Notes: a model not told the origin generated them from the letters alone. 64,000 bases of DNA from Leptogorgia sarmentosa (GCA_964658305.1 OZ210885.1:15810001-15874000); one strand, 5' to 3'; positions 36,268 to 50,239 are shown, numbered from the stretch's first letter. Translations and numbers: made by a program.

Positions 36268-38205
36268 ATGGCATCTGCAGCTAAACAGAGGGCAACAACT
36301 TCGTTATTTTTTTCGGATTATTGTAATTCTTTGGAGCAATCTGCTCAGGCAAGATACAAAGAGAAGTGCAGAGCATGTGGTTTCGATCCATATGCCTTAA
36401 AGCCGTCTGATTTTGCCACTGATCTGAATGGTTTACCAAACATAGAATATCCGGACATTGTAAATTATCTGGTTTTGCAAACGTCATGGGTTTCTAAAGA
36501 AAAGATGAAAGCATACAAAAGTTTGGAGGCGTATAACTTCTATGTATCAGGCTGGGTGAATAATTTACTCATGAAAAATGCTGAGGACGGTAGAATTGTT
36601 GTTTATACTCGGGTAAGTTCATAGACTTTCATATTAGTGCTACAGTCAACATGAACATTGTAATTGTAATTGTAAACATTTTATTCAACATTTTTTATGG
36701 TGAACTCAGCATGCCACTGTCTGATTTTATTTTTGATGTATTTTAAGGTTAATCACTCGCAAAGAGCTCGAGAAACACCTTTGAAAGCCTGGATTTTGAA
36801 CGAGAAAAATGGTGACATACAATTCGGACACTGTAACTGTATGGCAGGTCTAAGTGAAGGTTGTTCTCATATTGGTGCCCTACTTTTTGCTGTGGAGGCC
36901 AGCGTTCGATTTAAAAAATCTACTACTTGCACTCAAGAAAAATGTAAATGGTTACCACCGCATGTAAAGGAAGTCCCATATTTGCCTGTTTCTGAAGTTG
37001 ATTTTTCTTCAGCCCGTAAAAGACATGACACACTGTGTGAGGAAAAAACTGAAGGGACAGTTGTATCGAAAATATCTAAAAAGTCAAGTTTAACTACACC
37101 ATCAAGTGATGAAATCCAGCAGTTTTTCAATGGACTTGCTTATTCTGGATCAAAATCAGTAGTCCTTTCTCTAGTTCACCCATTCAACAATGCATTTTTG
37201 GCAAAAGAAACTAAATTACCAGATGCTATTACTGTATTATACAATGAAACATATATGGAACTAATTTATGTTCAACTATTAGAAAAGTGCTATGACATTC
37301 ACCTGTCAATAACTGAACCAGAATGTAAAGCTATTGAAAAAGAGACATGGAATCAAGCAGCTTCCAGAGTGTGGTTTGCCCAACGTGCAGGACGGATCAC
37401 TGCCTCCAGATTAAAAGCAGCTTGCCATACAGACATTTCAAAGCCATCAAAAAGCCTAATTAAACAGATCTGTTACCCTGAAGCCCATAAATTTTATTCA
37501 GCTGCTACTTCGTGGGGTTGCAAACATGAAAAAAAAGCAAGAAATGCATATGCAAACAAAATGTCTGACTCTCATGAAAACTTTGTAATGTCTGACAGTG
37601 GACTCCATGTGAATCCTAAGTGGCCCCATCTTGGAGCCTCACCAGATGGGCTTGTAGAGTGTGCCTGTTGTGGGCAAGGTACATGTGAAATTAAATGTCC
37701 ATTTTGTTCAAGAGATGAAACAGCTGAAGATGCTGCGTAACAAAAAAACAGTTGTTTGCTTGAAATAAATGACAGATTAACTATTGATAGGCAACATGCA
37801 TATTACTATCAGGTACAGGCTCAAATGTTTATTTGTGAAGTTGAGTTCTGTGATTTTATCCTGTGGACTGAATGTGACATACATATAGAACGTGTTCTCC
37901 CTGACAATAACTTTTGGGAAAATGTTGTCGCCAAAGCAACCAAGTTTTTCTTCAATGGTGTACTTCCTGAGATAATAGGAAAATGGTACTCAAGACCCTT
38001 AATACCTACTAATGTAAAGCATAATCAATCTGGTGATGAAAATGAAGGATGTTGGTGTTACTGCCAAGAAAACATTGAGGGAAGCATGCTAATTGGTTGT
38101 GATAACAATGGGTGTAAAATCAAGTGGTTTCACATGAAGTGCCTTAAGTTAGATGTTGCACCAAAAGGCAAATGGTACTGTCCAACATGTATGAAGACCA
38201 AATGA
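36268..38205 (+). pseudogene. SWIM + YqaJ (lambda-exonuclease-like) + PHD finger protein
   Basis: Exon 1 36268-36612, exon 2 from 36748. HCNCMAG..EGCSH (SWIM). W...RAGRITAS, LGASPDG, EIKCP and YYYQVQAQM (YqaJ). WCYCQ...GCDN..C..KWFHMKC...WYCPTC (PHD). One in-frame TAA at 37738. Confidence 0.85.
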
Positions 38206-39388
38206 TATCAATATTGTACATTGTCAGGGTAAATTGAAAATTTTGAGAAAAAATAACAATTTAATGGAAATATCAATATTTTATTAATATGTACATCAGT
38301 ACATGCATGGTAAAGGTAAAATAAATATAACATTGTACTATTACATCAAAACTGAAGTATGAGAGTGAGTAACCAATGCACATTTAAAGCACAGTGTCTA
38401 ATCAAATGGAATGATTGGTGGAGATAAATTTGTCAAAGCACAGCACACCTGAGCAATTTTGTCAATGGTAGCCTGTGTATCCCCTTGTTTTAACATAAGA
38501 TTATCAATAGTTAAAATGCTCTGTAGAATAACATATTTCCTTCTAACAAGCCCAATTACTCTTTCCACATGTATTCGTACATTTGCTATACGTCTAGTTC
38601 TCTCTACATCTTCTGCTGAAAGCTGATCTTTACCTCTGGTGAATGCTGGAATCTTCAAGGATGCACCATACAGGGCGACACTCTCCTCAATGTCAAATCC
38701 TCGGTCTGCCAATACAATATCGCCAGGAAGAAGATTTTTGAGAATTCCACAATTAGCAGTTAAGAGTCAGTCCACGAGAGGACCATGCAAAATCATGCAA
38801 AAGTGATAAGGTGGGGGGTCGGCGGATGTGGTCCATACAAACATAAAATAATGTTTTATGTGTGAAAACGTGATTTCCAAAGTCCTAAGGTCAGACACCT
38901 TCTGGAAGCGTTTTTCTGTCGAAAGATATTTTAGACGCATAATGGTCAAAAATTCTTTGTGTTTTTCGTTCAAACTTACATGATTTTGGTGATTTTATTC
39001 TCTGCTACCAGAACAACAATGACCACAACCAATGTGTCAAGTGAAGGAACAACCCTTTTTGCTATTTTTTGTGAAATATTTTTTCTGTGTGCCGCTTACT
39101 GACTACACGTGCGGGCCTCAACAAATTGCGATAGGTAAAAGGCCAGTTAAAATAGCCTTATTTGCGCCAGCTATAACTGAATTGCTGCGTTACGCACATC
39201 GCCCAAATGTTCGGGTCTGATTGTAAACAATCTGAACTTTTTATTCCAAAATAGATTTTTTTGTGATCTTGTCTGCCTTTTGTGTACTTTGCCTTCAAAG
39301 TAAGTGCTCTTAATGATGTATATATTTTTGAAAGTCCCTGGATTTGCACAATTCCTGTTGCGATGAAGCAAAGTATGTGACTATCTGT

Positions 39389-39697
39389 AGTTAGTAGAAT
39401 CATACTCGTATACTATTGCAAATGCTGCAATTTGATTGGCTACTCTATTCGATATCTATCCCTCGATAATAAACTATGTGAATTTGATAACAAAATATGT
39501 GAATTTTCGTTCAAGAAAATGTCTTCTGAGACGCGTTTTTGAATTATTTTTTGCAATATTTTCATGCTTGATCTCTGATTCTACTAAAACAATTAGATTA
39601 CTCGCTCTCGATTTCTACGAGATGATAGTTGATTCGGGCTTCGCCCTCATCAACTATCGCCTCATAGAAATCTCGAGCTCGTAATCTAATTGTTAAA
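39389..39697 (+). repeat. ~300-bp hairpin-containing non-autonomous element, copy 1
   Basis: Internal long imperfect palindrome centred on GGGCTTCGCCC near 39640. An inverted second copy lies at 40716-41017. Confidence 0.75.
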
Positions 39698-39803
39698 TAT
39701 ATTTTTTATTACAAGCTGCAGTCTGCAGAAGGCTCGAAAAGCATTTTGGTAACGTTTAGATTTATGTGCGAAGCTATAGTCGTTTAGGCCTGGGAACGAG
39801 AAA

Positions 39804-42800
39804 ATGGCGGAGCAGATTTCTATGCAATGTGATTTCGCAGGGCACTTTCCGAGTATCAAATGTGGGGTAAACTCGTCTTATCCTGAAGATAAGTCAATCG
39901 TTAAGATAAACCAATGTCTGAAGGACAAGCAAGTTATTTTTAACCATCTGAAATACAAGAAATTTACATCATGCGATGTTCAGACTGAAGGTCGGTTGAT
40001 ACTTTTCCGTTGTGGATACTTTGTTGACAATGTGGAGTTACAGCAAAAAATCATCTGTCCAAATCATCGATACAAGATTGGACTACGGTGGAACCGTCAA
40101 AGAAGTGCCAGCATCCGCTCCACAAAGGGAAAGGAAAACCGAACAAGAGAAGAATTGTTAAGGTGGCCACTAGTCGCCAGATTTATGAACGATGGGGATT
40201 CGTTTTGCCCATAGGATCATGTGAGTAAAGCCCATTGAATAAACCAGGAATAAACCCGTTGATCATTATTATTAAAGATGTCTTAAAGTATCCCTTTATT
40301 TTTCTTCTACAGACATCTGTGTTGGATGTGAAAAAGCCCACAACAAAGAATTTGCTATTCCCAGTGGTGATGAGGTATGTATATGTAATGCGAACATTAC
40401 TAATGCTTTAGTTTTTCGTAATAATGTTTTTGTTGATATTGAAAATATTTTCAAATTTCAGTCAACACCTAGCACATCAGCCGGCAGTCAACATAGTGAA
40501 GACCGTCAAAATATGGACAGTGAGGTTATTAAACAGCAATTACTATGATAATTATTACCATTAAAATTCATTTTGGAATTCTATAATTGTATGTATTGCC
40601 ATAAATATAATTATCTTATTTCAGCAAATGCTTGCACCTGTGGAGTCATCTGAAAGTTCGTCTGGCTCAGAACTGCATCTTCATGGTCCAGTATGTTTTT
40701 TTTCTAACTGTGTCTATTTAACAATTAGATTACGAGCTCGAGATTTCTATGAGGTGATAGTTGATGAGGGCGAAGCCCGAATCAACTATCATCTCGTAGA
40801 AATCGAGAGCGAGTAATCTAATTGTTTTAGTAGAATCAGAGATCAAACATGAAAATATTGCAAAAAATAATTTAAAACCGCGTCTCAGAAGACATTTTCT
40901 TGAACGAAAATTCACATATTTTGCTACTCGCTATCTATCAAGGAATAGATAGCGAGTAGAGTAGCCAATCAAATTCCAGCATTTGCAATAGTATACGAGT
41001 ATGATTCTACTAATTAGTGTTAGATAAATACCAGCTCGCATGTATATCTGAACGATTAAACTTATTTTAATTTATTTTAAATATATCTAATTTATGCAAC
41101 CATATATGGGCATCACGTGACGAACACATGGGACCTTTTTTTTTTGAGACAGCATGTTTTGGTTGCAAAAAATGTAAATTTTAGGAGAAATACAGCTAAA
41201 AATCAAGAACTATTCGATTCCTTTTGATTCATATCAAGGGTTTTCAATTCGACGAAAACATCTGCAGTGTGTTTGTATGTGTGTGTATGTGTGTGTGTGT
41301 GTGCACAAGCATATGCCTAACTGTATATTGTTTATATTTTGTATAGCACCTTGGTGTGGACTTGGGTAGCAGCAGTCCAGATAGGTGTGATGAGCTTGAC
41401 AAGTCATGGCAGCCAACTCTAGCTCCTCGTAATGTTCCTCTGAAAATAGTGAATGACTTCTTGGAAGCTGGAGGAAAAGACCAGATTTTAGGGCAGCTGC
41501 AGCGTCCCATTAGCAATTGTTCTTCGTCAACAATCCGTTATTACAAGCGAAAAAGTAGAGAAGCTGTCAATTTAGTGCTACAATGTATTGCCCCATGACA
41601 GGAAAAGGAATTGCTTCACTTGATACAGTCCAGTGAGATAAAAGAGGCAAACCAGGATTACAGTACTCTTGTAAAGATATACCAGGATGCAGATTCTTGG
41701 CATACCCGACAACAAATTCTGTCCATATTTGCTGGTGATCTCACCAAGAAGGAATTAATGGTATTATTTATTTGTGCAGTGTGTATCATGCTAGGAAATA
41801 CTATCACAATCACTAGAATGGTAAAATGTTGTTCTGGGATTCAACCATGCTCAAATGATGTTCTTGTTCTGGACCATGTGATGACTGATCACTTTTTTGC
41901 ATGGCATGAACAACTGACAGCTTTTAATCTAGTTGGTAAACAATACTTTCATTATCATGTAATGTCTTGAATCATTAAATTTTTGTACTTTGTTGGAAAT
42001 TGACTTCACAGGATTTTGACAATATTGTTACATAAAGGCTGTTGCTTGCACCATGCAAAGATTGTGATCATGTAGCACAAAATATTATTCGAGTGTGGTT
42101 TACCACTCTAATGATTTCAATGGTAATCAAATAAAAATTATAATATTCTAAATATACTGTATTTATAAAATTCCTACGAAGCAGTCAATTATCATGGCCT
42201 TTACCCATTTTTCATTTTCCATTATTTTAGGATCTCATTCCAGGACTCACAGTGCACAGGATCGATGAGGCAAGAAGGCATGCAAGAGATGTTGGACCTG
42301 CTAAACCAATAGAAATTGTACCAATTCAGCATTCGAGGTTGGATGAAACAAAAGTGGATCATTTTCTTGATTTCATTTCAAGGCCAGAATTCCTTCAAGA
42401 TGTTGCATATGGCACCCGCAACATCCGCCTGAGTCATGGAGAACGGATTGAAGTACCAAATGCAGTATGTACAGTTATTGCTTCTAGACTGGTAGAGTTG
42501 TATTTGGCTTATTGCGAGGAGACCTCATTTGATCCCATCAAGCGAAGTTCACTATTCTCGATCTTACAGGTACATTTATTTATTTAATATACATTTTAGA
42601 ATTGTACAGAATTATTAATCATGTAATTCAAATCAATTTCATTCATTTGCTAGATAGCAATTTACCATCCTTTGGGTAAACTATAAATTTTACAACTTTA
42701 ATTCATATACTGTACATACCATGATGATGCATATTATTCTACATGCCATTACTGGTAATCTGGGTTGGAATAAACTTCTTTTCAATGTTCAATTTAAAAG

Positions 42801-45703
42801 TAATATATCTAACTATGGCAACCTATTAGAGTCAGGCATACTGACAATGATTGAATATCATATACATTATAGTAAAATCAAAATGAGATCATGCTGCTAA
42901 ATGTGAGTTTGAACATGATTGTTATGCTGATATTGTTCACCAATCATGCCTGATGTCTGTTGTTTTGCACTGAATTAAATTGACATGTATCATCTGGTCT
43001 GATTTCCTTTTTAGGTTTGCAGTGCTTCAACAAAGAAGTCCCTCTCTGGCTTAGATAATATTGCTGCAGATGCAGCCGAGTCATTCACAGCCTTGCATGG
43101 TCTTGTTGAAAATGTTGGAGAGCGTGCTGGTAAGTACTGTTGACATTAAGAGTATTACATTTTTATTTTATTATTACAATTTACATTATTACATACTCAT
43201 TTTATCCACCATCACTCTTTTACTTTATTGTGTTTGGAAAAAATATGTACATCTCAAAGATACTTGTCTGTTCTAGGATGTTCAAGAACATGGGTGGTAG
43301 ATGTGATAAAACGTCTAAAGGCAGCTCACTTGTATCTGAAATCTGAATTCCGTCTGCATATTGATGATGAGAGCCAATGTGGTGATCATTGTATGCAATT
43401 TGCCCTCTCAAGCACTCCTCGTACACATGCTCATAACTCCACATGTCAAAGTTGTAACCTTATTCGTGAAGTTTTGGCAGATATTGACATGGCAATACAA
43501 CAAGGATCTAATTACAGATAGCTTTACTGTAGTACATTTTGATTATTATAGTGTCCGAAAAAGTTTTTCAGTGATTGACACTATTATTATGGTAGTATAT
43601 ATGCATGGCAGCAAAGGGCATATTTTTTATCCAATTTTGTAAACTAAAAAAGGTGATGTCTTTTGCATTTCCAAAATTTATAATATTAATAATACATTCC
43701 ACATCCCATAAATTGAATGCTCAATGACTCGAAACTCCTGCTAACTCAAACCAGTTTTGATATTTACCCTCAGTAAGTTGGTAACTTTAACTCATTCCCT
43801 AATAAATGAATTTACTTGTCAAGTGAAGAACAGTCTGCAAAAGCGAAAGGTTAACCTTCTAGATAACACTATTCAACCCTTTTGTGATTCCTTTTGAGTT
43901 TAGGAGTTGGCTGTATTTCTATTTCTATGCTAATCATGACCTTTGGTTAACAGATACCCACAGGAGAAAGAAGAATATGTGTATGATTTTGAGGATGCAC
44001 AGACACGAATATGGAAGTTCAAGTGCCATGTTGTTCGTGCAGTCAACCAAGATCGGGCAAAGCAGGCTATCTTGGACAACCTGAAATCAGATGAGGCATT
44101 ACTAACCATGGACTGGGCCATGAAATTTATACCAACGAAATTCAGAGAAGCCCAACAAGACTGGTTTGGAAAAAGGGGGATTAGTTGGCATGTGTCAGCT
44201 ATCAACACCAAGCAAGCAGATGAAGATTTTGTGGTATGTGTTATTTTAAATGGCGATCGAGAAGTTATTTACCGAAAACCACACCAAGTTTCATAACAGG
44301 AACCAATTTGTATACCAAATATGAATATTAAAACCTAGTCTAGATATAATTTCCTCAAAAAATACTTGAGGTGCCATATGAGAGAGTGTCCATTATGAAA
44401 TTAAGTATGAAAGAGTCGTATGTTGTGGCAAAATGCACAATTCTTGTGTTGCTCAGTTAATTTTCTTGCCAAATCAGTGACTCCAGTTCTGCCCATTTTC
44501 TAGATACACTGCTTTGTACATCTAATTGATAAGTGTACTCAAAACTGGTACAGCGTTCGTTCAGTACTTGAAGCAACACTACAGCAGGTGAAGGCCAGGC
44601 TGGCTCATGTGAAAACCATCTACTTGCGATCTGATAATGCCGGCTGTTACCATTGTGCACCATTGTTGCTCAGCATACCAGTCATTGCCAGTCATTGTGG
44701 TTTGTCAATCAGACGGTATGACTTTTCAGAGGCACAAGCTGGAAAAGATATATGTGACCGAAAAATTGCACCAATGAAGAGCCACATCCAGCGCTTTATA
44801 AATGAAGGGCACGATGTTACAACTGCAAATCAAATGTGGGATGCTTTGTCATCATATGGAGGTATACGTGGTGTTTATGCAAGCGTGCTCAGTATAAACA
44901 AAGGGAACATGGTGGAAGGACTGAAGTGGCCTGGAGTAACTGGGTTCTCGAACTTCAGTTATGATGGAGAGACTGTTCGTGTGTGGGCCAGCTATGACAT
45001 GGGTGATGGAAAAGATTATTCCGTGCAACAGCTTGCCAAGGATCTGAACATTCCTTCATCAACTGGATACGAGTGTGGACCTTACACCCAACCACGTGAT
45101 GAAACAGGTTTTGTTTCCTCCCGGCAAGTTGTCCTCGTATGCCCAGAGAATGGATGTTTGAAATCATTCAGCAGCGATCATCTGCTTACCCACCATCTCT
45201 CAATTGGGGACCATAACACCAGTCGTGAAGCTTGTGACAATCGGCTGGATAAGGTAGCCAGAAAATGGGCTGGGCGTGTGACAGAGGTCACTGTACACCC
45301 TGGGGCAGCAAGTATTCCAACTGAAACTGTTGACGATGTAGCTCCAGAACACACTTTGACTGCAGGTTGGGCTCTAAGGTCTACAAGGACAAGCCAGCGC
45401 TTTTCTGATAACGTTAGAGAATTTCTTTTATCGAAATTCATGGAAGGTGTCAAAGCAAAAAACAAGAAGCAAGACCCAGCACAAGTGGCTAAAATGCTGC
45501 GATCACATTTCTGTAAAAATGAGTGGTTGACGGCTCAGCAAGTCAACAGTTACTTTTCCAGATTATCGACCCTGCAGAAGTGTGGAAAGCTACCAGCTGC
45601 AAAAGAACCCATGCCTGATGAGGATGAGCAGGATACCCTGGAAACCATGGTATACAGGCAAAAACTCAGACGTCGTGTCGTGGAGATGATTGAGTCATGC
45701 TAA
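39804..45703 (+). pseudogene. Multi-exon Sola3 transposase (at least one frameshift and one stop)
   Basis: Approximate exons: 39804-40220, small exons 40313-40690, 41347-41760, 42231-42569, 43015-43128, 43278-43517, 43953-44233, about 44500-45703. Motifs FLQDVAYGT, DWAMKFIP..FREAQQDWFGKRGISWH, LRSDNAGCYH, DFSEAQAGKDICDR and a C2H2 CPENGC...HHLSIGDH. Confidence 0.8.
40716..41017 (-). repeat. ~300-bp hairpin-containing non-autonomous element, copy 2 (in a Sola3 intron)
   Basis: Reverse complement of 39389-39697. ORFs 39436..39684(+) and 40730..40915(-) translate almost identically. Confidence 0.75.
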
Positions 45704-45750
45704 TTATTGTGAGATATGTGTGTGTAATTGTTGCAGTTGCACTATATGAG

Positions 45751-45857
45751 TATTTTATGAAATACAAAACAATGGACACTCTAAATATAGATATCATAAA
45801 GATACCATAATGGTATCCTTATTTGGAGTGTCCATTGTTTTGTATTTCATGAAAATA
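45751..45857. repeat. Short foldback/hairpin just 3' of the Sola3 stop codon
   Basis: ATGAAATACAAAACAATGGACACTC...GAGTGTCCATTGTTTTGTATTTCAT. Confidence 0.8.
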
Positions 45858-47764
45858 TGAGTGTAGTTCCACTTTTCTGTTTGTATATACCTAGCTAGCT
45901 TGGACATTTAGAAATGAATGGTTAAGAATAGACATTATCACTGATGTACTGGTTAATGTACTTGTATTATACTGTATTTGTTTTGTTAACTTTTAGGGGG
46001 GCATCTGGTTTGTAAATAATGTACAGCGGATTTCCTTATTATTATATATATTGATCCTCACTTATGCAGAGGATTCAACATTCACATGAATGTTATGTAA
46101 TATGCACACCTTTGCCTTATATGGTGGAATGGTGGACATACCATAGAGATGGGATATACATAATCAAGTTTGGACAGCAGGGAGGATTGAGTTACATTTG
46201 ACATTAATTCACTCCCCCCTTTGTCATATGCAAGTATTCTATCAATGTATAAATAACGAAAGTTCAACAAATTAATAAATAATAGAAACTTCCATTTAAA
46301 CTATTTGGACTTTGGAAACCACAAACATATGATCTGCTAATTTTTACACCCCCCCCCCCCTCCCGGGTTGGCCTTAATTATGCTACAACATTTAAAAGTA
46401 GGTACTTTTCTTTTGGAAGAATGAAAATTAAAAAAAAATATGCAGACCAGGCAAACTTCTTGTAAAATACTGTAAATACTTTAACAATTATTTCAAGGTT
46501 TCCACAAAACAAATCCCGCTGAAAGTGGCTTCCTGATGGGCAATGTCGACATGATCACAAATTTTTTTTCCCACATCTTAGTAACCTGTAATAGTACCTT
46601 TAATTTTGCTAAGTTTCACTGTTGTCCGGGTGGCAGTAATTTATTTACGGGCAGTTGAATGTCGGTATGTTATAACGTTAGTTTCCAGGGGGGGTGCGGA
46701 AAACCACTCCCTACACATGAAGTAGGGACACTTGGTCAAAAATATTTAAAACACCAGAATTCTGTGGAAATTCTATTTTTAATGATATACACGTAGAAAT
46801 TGTACGCTGTGCGAGTGATGAACAGCAATCGTTAGAATCTCAGTATGAAAATCCTCTTAAAATGGCTGCTGACCAGGGTGTAAAACTTCAATTGCCTCCC
46901 ACAACTGCAAATATGGATATTTTGCCCTAATAATTTTCCTGGAGGGTTTTCTCATTGTATGTGAGCGACATGCCAAATTTCGTTGAAATTGACCAAACAC
47001 CACCTTATCACTTTTTGCATGGTCTTTTCATGGACTTACTCTTAAGTGTTTATCACTTGTTCTACCTCCCCATGCTTTTGAGATGAACGAAATGACACCC
47101 TGGGGAGTTATTCCGATTAAAAATTTGATAGTATTATGATGTTTATAGTTGGACCATGTTATAGATCTTGCAATAAGACTTGACGGTTTGTTAATAAAAA
47201 CTTCAAAACAATGAATAACAACTGCTACTTGATTTCCAAAGTGTTGTTTAAATACAGCTGGCATTGTCTTTACAAGATTTTCTCTGCTCGGCCACATAAT
47301 TAAAAAACTTAGCCTTATGGATAGCACCTCAATCCATTTAGTAAAAATTCTGCATGCTGTCGAACGAGATATTTGAAACCTATAAGCAAGATCTTGAAAT
47401 GGCATATTAAGGCAAAGTCGCATGAGGACGAGAAGTAGCTCCTGGAATTTTGTTAAGGAATTAGTTGTGGACGACAACACAAATGCTTCGCAAAGTTTCA
47501 TAACTTGTATGAAGACTAAAAAATTTGGAAGCCCAGTGTAGAAGGTAGTTTTCTCATCATTATCTTTAAAGCTGTCTTCTGTTAGATCAGTTTCCAACAA
47601 TTTTTTCTTCAACTCATTAAGCTCACATGTCATGGTATTAATACATTGCTGCATTTCCAGTATCTGTTGACCAGTTAGATCTGTTTGGCATTCTGATTCA
47701 GAACTTTCAACATTTTTCAAATTTTCTGCAACAGGAGAAATGATGAGACACATTTAAACAAAAA

Positions 47765-47945
47765 TTGGGTGAAGTTTCATGTCTTCATCTCCAAATGACA
47801 GCACCACCTTTAGTGTGTTAGGATTGGATTAAGGTTGAGGTTTGGATTGGGGTTAGGTTTAGGGCTTGGGGTCAGGGACAGATTTTTGATATAAGTTATA
47901 GATAGTGATGTCATTTGGGGATGAAGACATGAAACTTCAGCCCAA
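47765..47945. mobile_element. Small MITE with a TTAGGG-like core in an ISL2EU intron
   Basis: Arms TGAAGTTTCATGTCTTCATC.CCAAATGACA and TGTCATTTGG.GATGAAGACATGAAACTTCA. The centre consists of degenerate GGTTAG units. Confidence 0.7.
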
Positions 47946-50239
47946 ACATTAGTACCCTGTTTCTGTAGGAGATGCTTCAGAGTATTAACTCTTTTACTGG
48001 GTGGTATAATCAGACATACTGAAAGTTAATATTCTCAGAAGAATAAAATATATACCAATACCTTTATTGTTTGAGACTTCTTGAGAAATTTCCAAAAGGG
48101 CACTTGCAGCCTCACACCTTTTTTCTACACCTTTTTTCTACACGTTCTTTTACCCTTTCTGCTCTGGAAACGACCTCATTGGGATTACACTTAATCTTTT
48201 TGTGACCCATGTTCTGCGTCGGGACCCAGTCAGGATTGTTTTTGTCGTACAAGCTAGCCTGTAGTTATATATAATTATAAATTTTATTAAATAAACAAGT
48301 TTTACAGTAAATAACTGACGCTTAAATAATCATGTAATAAATTTGTAAAGGTGATGATGTTTATACCGCTTATAAAATGGTCACTGCATACACGCGTATA
48401 TTCTGCCTTTTCCTCCGTTAAATCCACACGGCTTATGCTAACAAACCACTTTCGGCGTCGTTCAGTGGATAACAGTTCGACCTTTCGTTGCGGGTCGTTA
48501 TTCTTAATGACTTTTGGAAACCTAAAAAATCTCTTGGAAACATCGCGCATACTATTGTTTCCACAGCCATACACGGCACATAAAACACCCATTGTATAAT
48601 TATACCAGGTCAAGAGGTTAAGAGCACTCAAGCGTACAATCTGGACATGGCGCCATATTGGATGTGTTTGTCATCCAACATGGCGGCTGGATAATCAATG
48701 ACGTCACGTGCACACCGAGAATATTTTGCTCATGTTGAGTAACAAGTCTGGTGGGGTCCCGCAATCGTGTGAAAGTTCAAGTGAGACTGCATGACCTGGT
48801 GTCGGATGGCTCATTAGTTCATGTCACATCGCACTGCTTTGCGTACGACGACGAACCTATAGCAGAACCTGGGGAAACGAATTGTGTTCCAGAGGATCCA
48901 GATGGATTGTTGCCAGCAACTATTGAACAAAGAAGCGACGGTAGAATAACTCTGGAACAGTGATAAGTGAAGGTTCAAGACTGTTTAGACTTTAGCCTAA
49001 TTAAAATAGCCGACATAGGCTAAATTTGAATGTATATTTTATTGCTTTTATTTAATATTCATCTGTAATGATATATTGTTAATTTTGATATCAATAGCTA
49101 TATTGATATCAGTATAATTATTGATTCCACATTGCCGTCTCAATATCTATCAGAACAATTGTGTATGTAAAAGAGCCCAATTTTATAGGCCCTTTCTTTT
49201 GGGCTTCTTGCCTTCTATTTATTAGATTTGTAAATACTTAAGCTGTGGCAGAATAAATTGATTTGATTTGATTCAATAAGGAAAATAGTCACAATTCATA
49301 GCGAGTTAATATTTAGCGATTTTGCTAACTCTACATTCATGTCATAGCACGAATCTTCGAAGTGAAGGCATGAGGTCGCCGTAGCGTCAAAACCCGGGCT
49401 ATGTTTACAGACAAATTTCACGCACTTATTCTGTCTCTGAGGATCTGTTTCTTCATTAGGGAATAGATGCATAGACATTCCTTCAGTTTTGCTATCATTG
49501 GCGCAGCTAACTAAGTTAGGACCGCCAGCAACACAGCGTTTTTCCTCCGTGAGTAGCTTTACGTCTATTAGAAATATACGCCATGTTGAAAATGTGTTAC
49601 ACTTGTGACGTCACACAGCATTAATATGGTGGTCGAAAAGTTCGCACAGAAGTAGCCAAAAATCGCAACTTTGAAATGCCATAAAATCCATTTCAAAAGA
49701 GCAATTTTAATTCTGTTTGCAGTAAAAATATATTCGGAGAGTAAGTACTTTAAAATAAGCCAATAAAAAAGGGGCCGAAAAATTCGTTGCCGTAACACTT
49801 TAACAATGATTTTGCTATAACCTTACTTCGAGTTGCTGTGTCAAGATGATCTGCGGTGAACATTTTCTATATATTACCCTATACTTCGGGTTGCTGTCTC
49901 AAGATGATCTACAGTGAACATTTTCTATATACAGTAGTCCCCCGCTAACTCGAACTCCCAAGGGGAACGAAAAATTGTTCGAGTTAGCTGGGGTTCGAGT
50001 TAACCGGAGTTGGTGTCAGATTTCATTTACTATGTTAATAATTAATAAGGTATAAAAAAGTATTATATTGTGCATCAAAATTACAAAAAGTTTCATTGTT
50101 TATCCCAAACAAAAGTTCTTTAGTCAGTATCTTTGATCGTTGATCATTGTATCTTACAGTTTACGCGTTTACTCGCTAAAAAAGAAAGAACCGTGCTTTA
50201 CTATTGTATAAACGATGAAATAGATAAGTACTATATATG

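Larger units (their letters stand above)
38764..47041 (+). mobile_element. Sola3-type DNA transposon
   Basis: TTAA|GAGTCAGTCCACGAGAGGACCATGCAAAA ... TTTTGCATGGTCTTTTCATGGACTTACTC|TTAA. GAG..CTC ends with a TTAA TSD fit Sola3. Removing it restores the host ORF. Confidence 0.85.
38398..48592 (-). pseudogene. ISL2EU THAP-HTH-DDE transposase, split by Sola3
   Basis: THAP MGVLCAVYGC...FFRFP...RVCSDHF (48592-48365), then 47753-47046 FYTGLP...WSNYKHHNTIKFLIGITPQG...WGGRTSDKHL. Across the Sola3 insertion this rejoins [22 protein letters not shown]...RIHVERVIG (38759-38398). Confidence 0.9.
36188..48722. mobile_element. ISL2EU (PHIS group) DNA transposon with two convergent genes
   Basis: Imperfect TIRs ATTCT..GTGTGCA..CACGTGAC...GCCATGTTGGATGACAA at both ends, flanked by AT. 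It encodes a THAP-DDE transposase and a YqaJ nuclease, the known ISL2EU gene pair. Confidence 0.8.
35869..49799. mobile_element. Second Kolobok-like element (non-autonomous) hosting ISL2EU and Sola3
   Basis: TTAA|AGTGTTACTGCAACGAATTTTTCG ... CGAAAAATTCGTTGCCGTAACACT|TTAA. THAP relic on the minus strand near 49296-49560 (RCVAGGPNLVSC...MHLFP...CLHFEDSCY). Convergent accessory-gene relic at 48751-48963 (AYDDEPIAEPG). Confidence 0.8.

Noticed and set aside
36697..38205. Prophage or viral recombinase
   Set aside because: The YqaJ domain is spliced, fused to a PHD and enclosed in ISL2EU TIRs, with no other viral genes.
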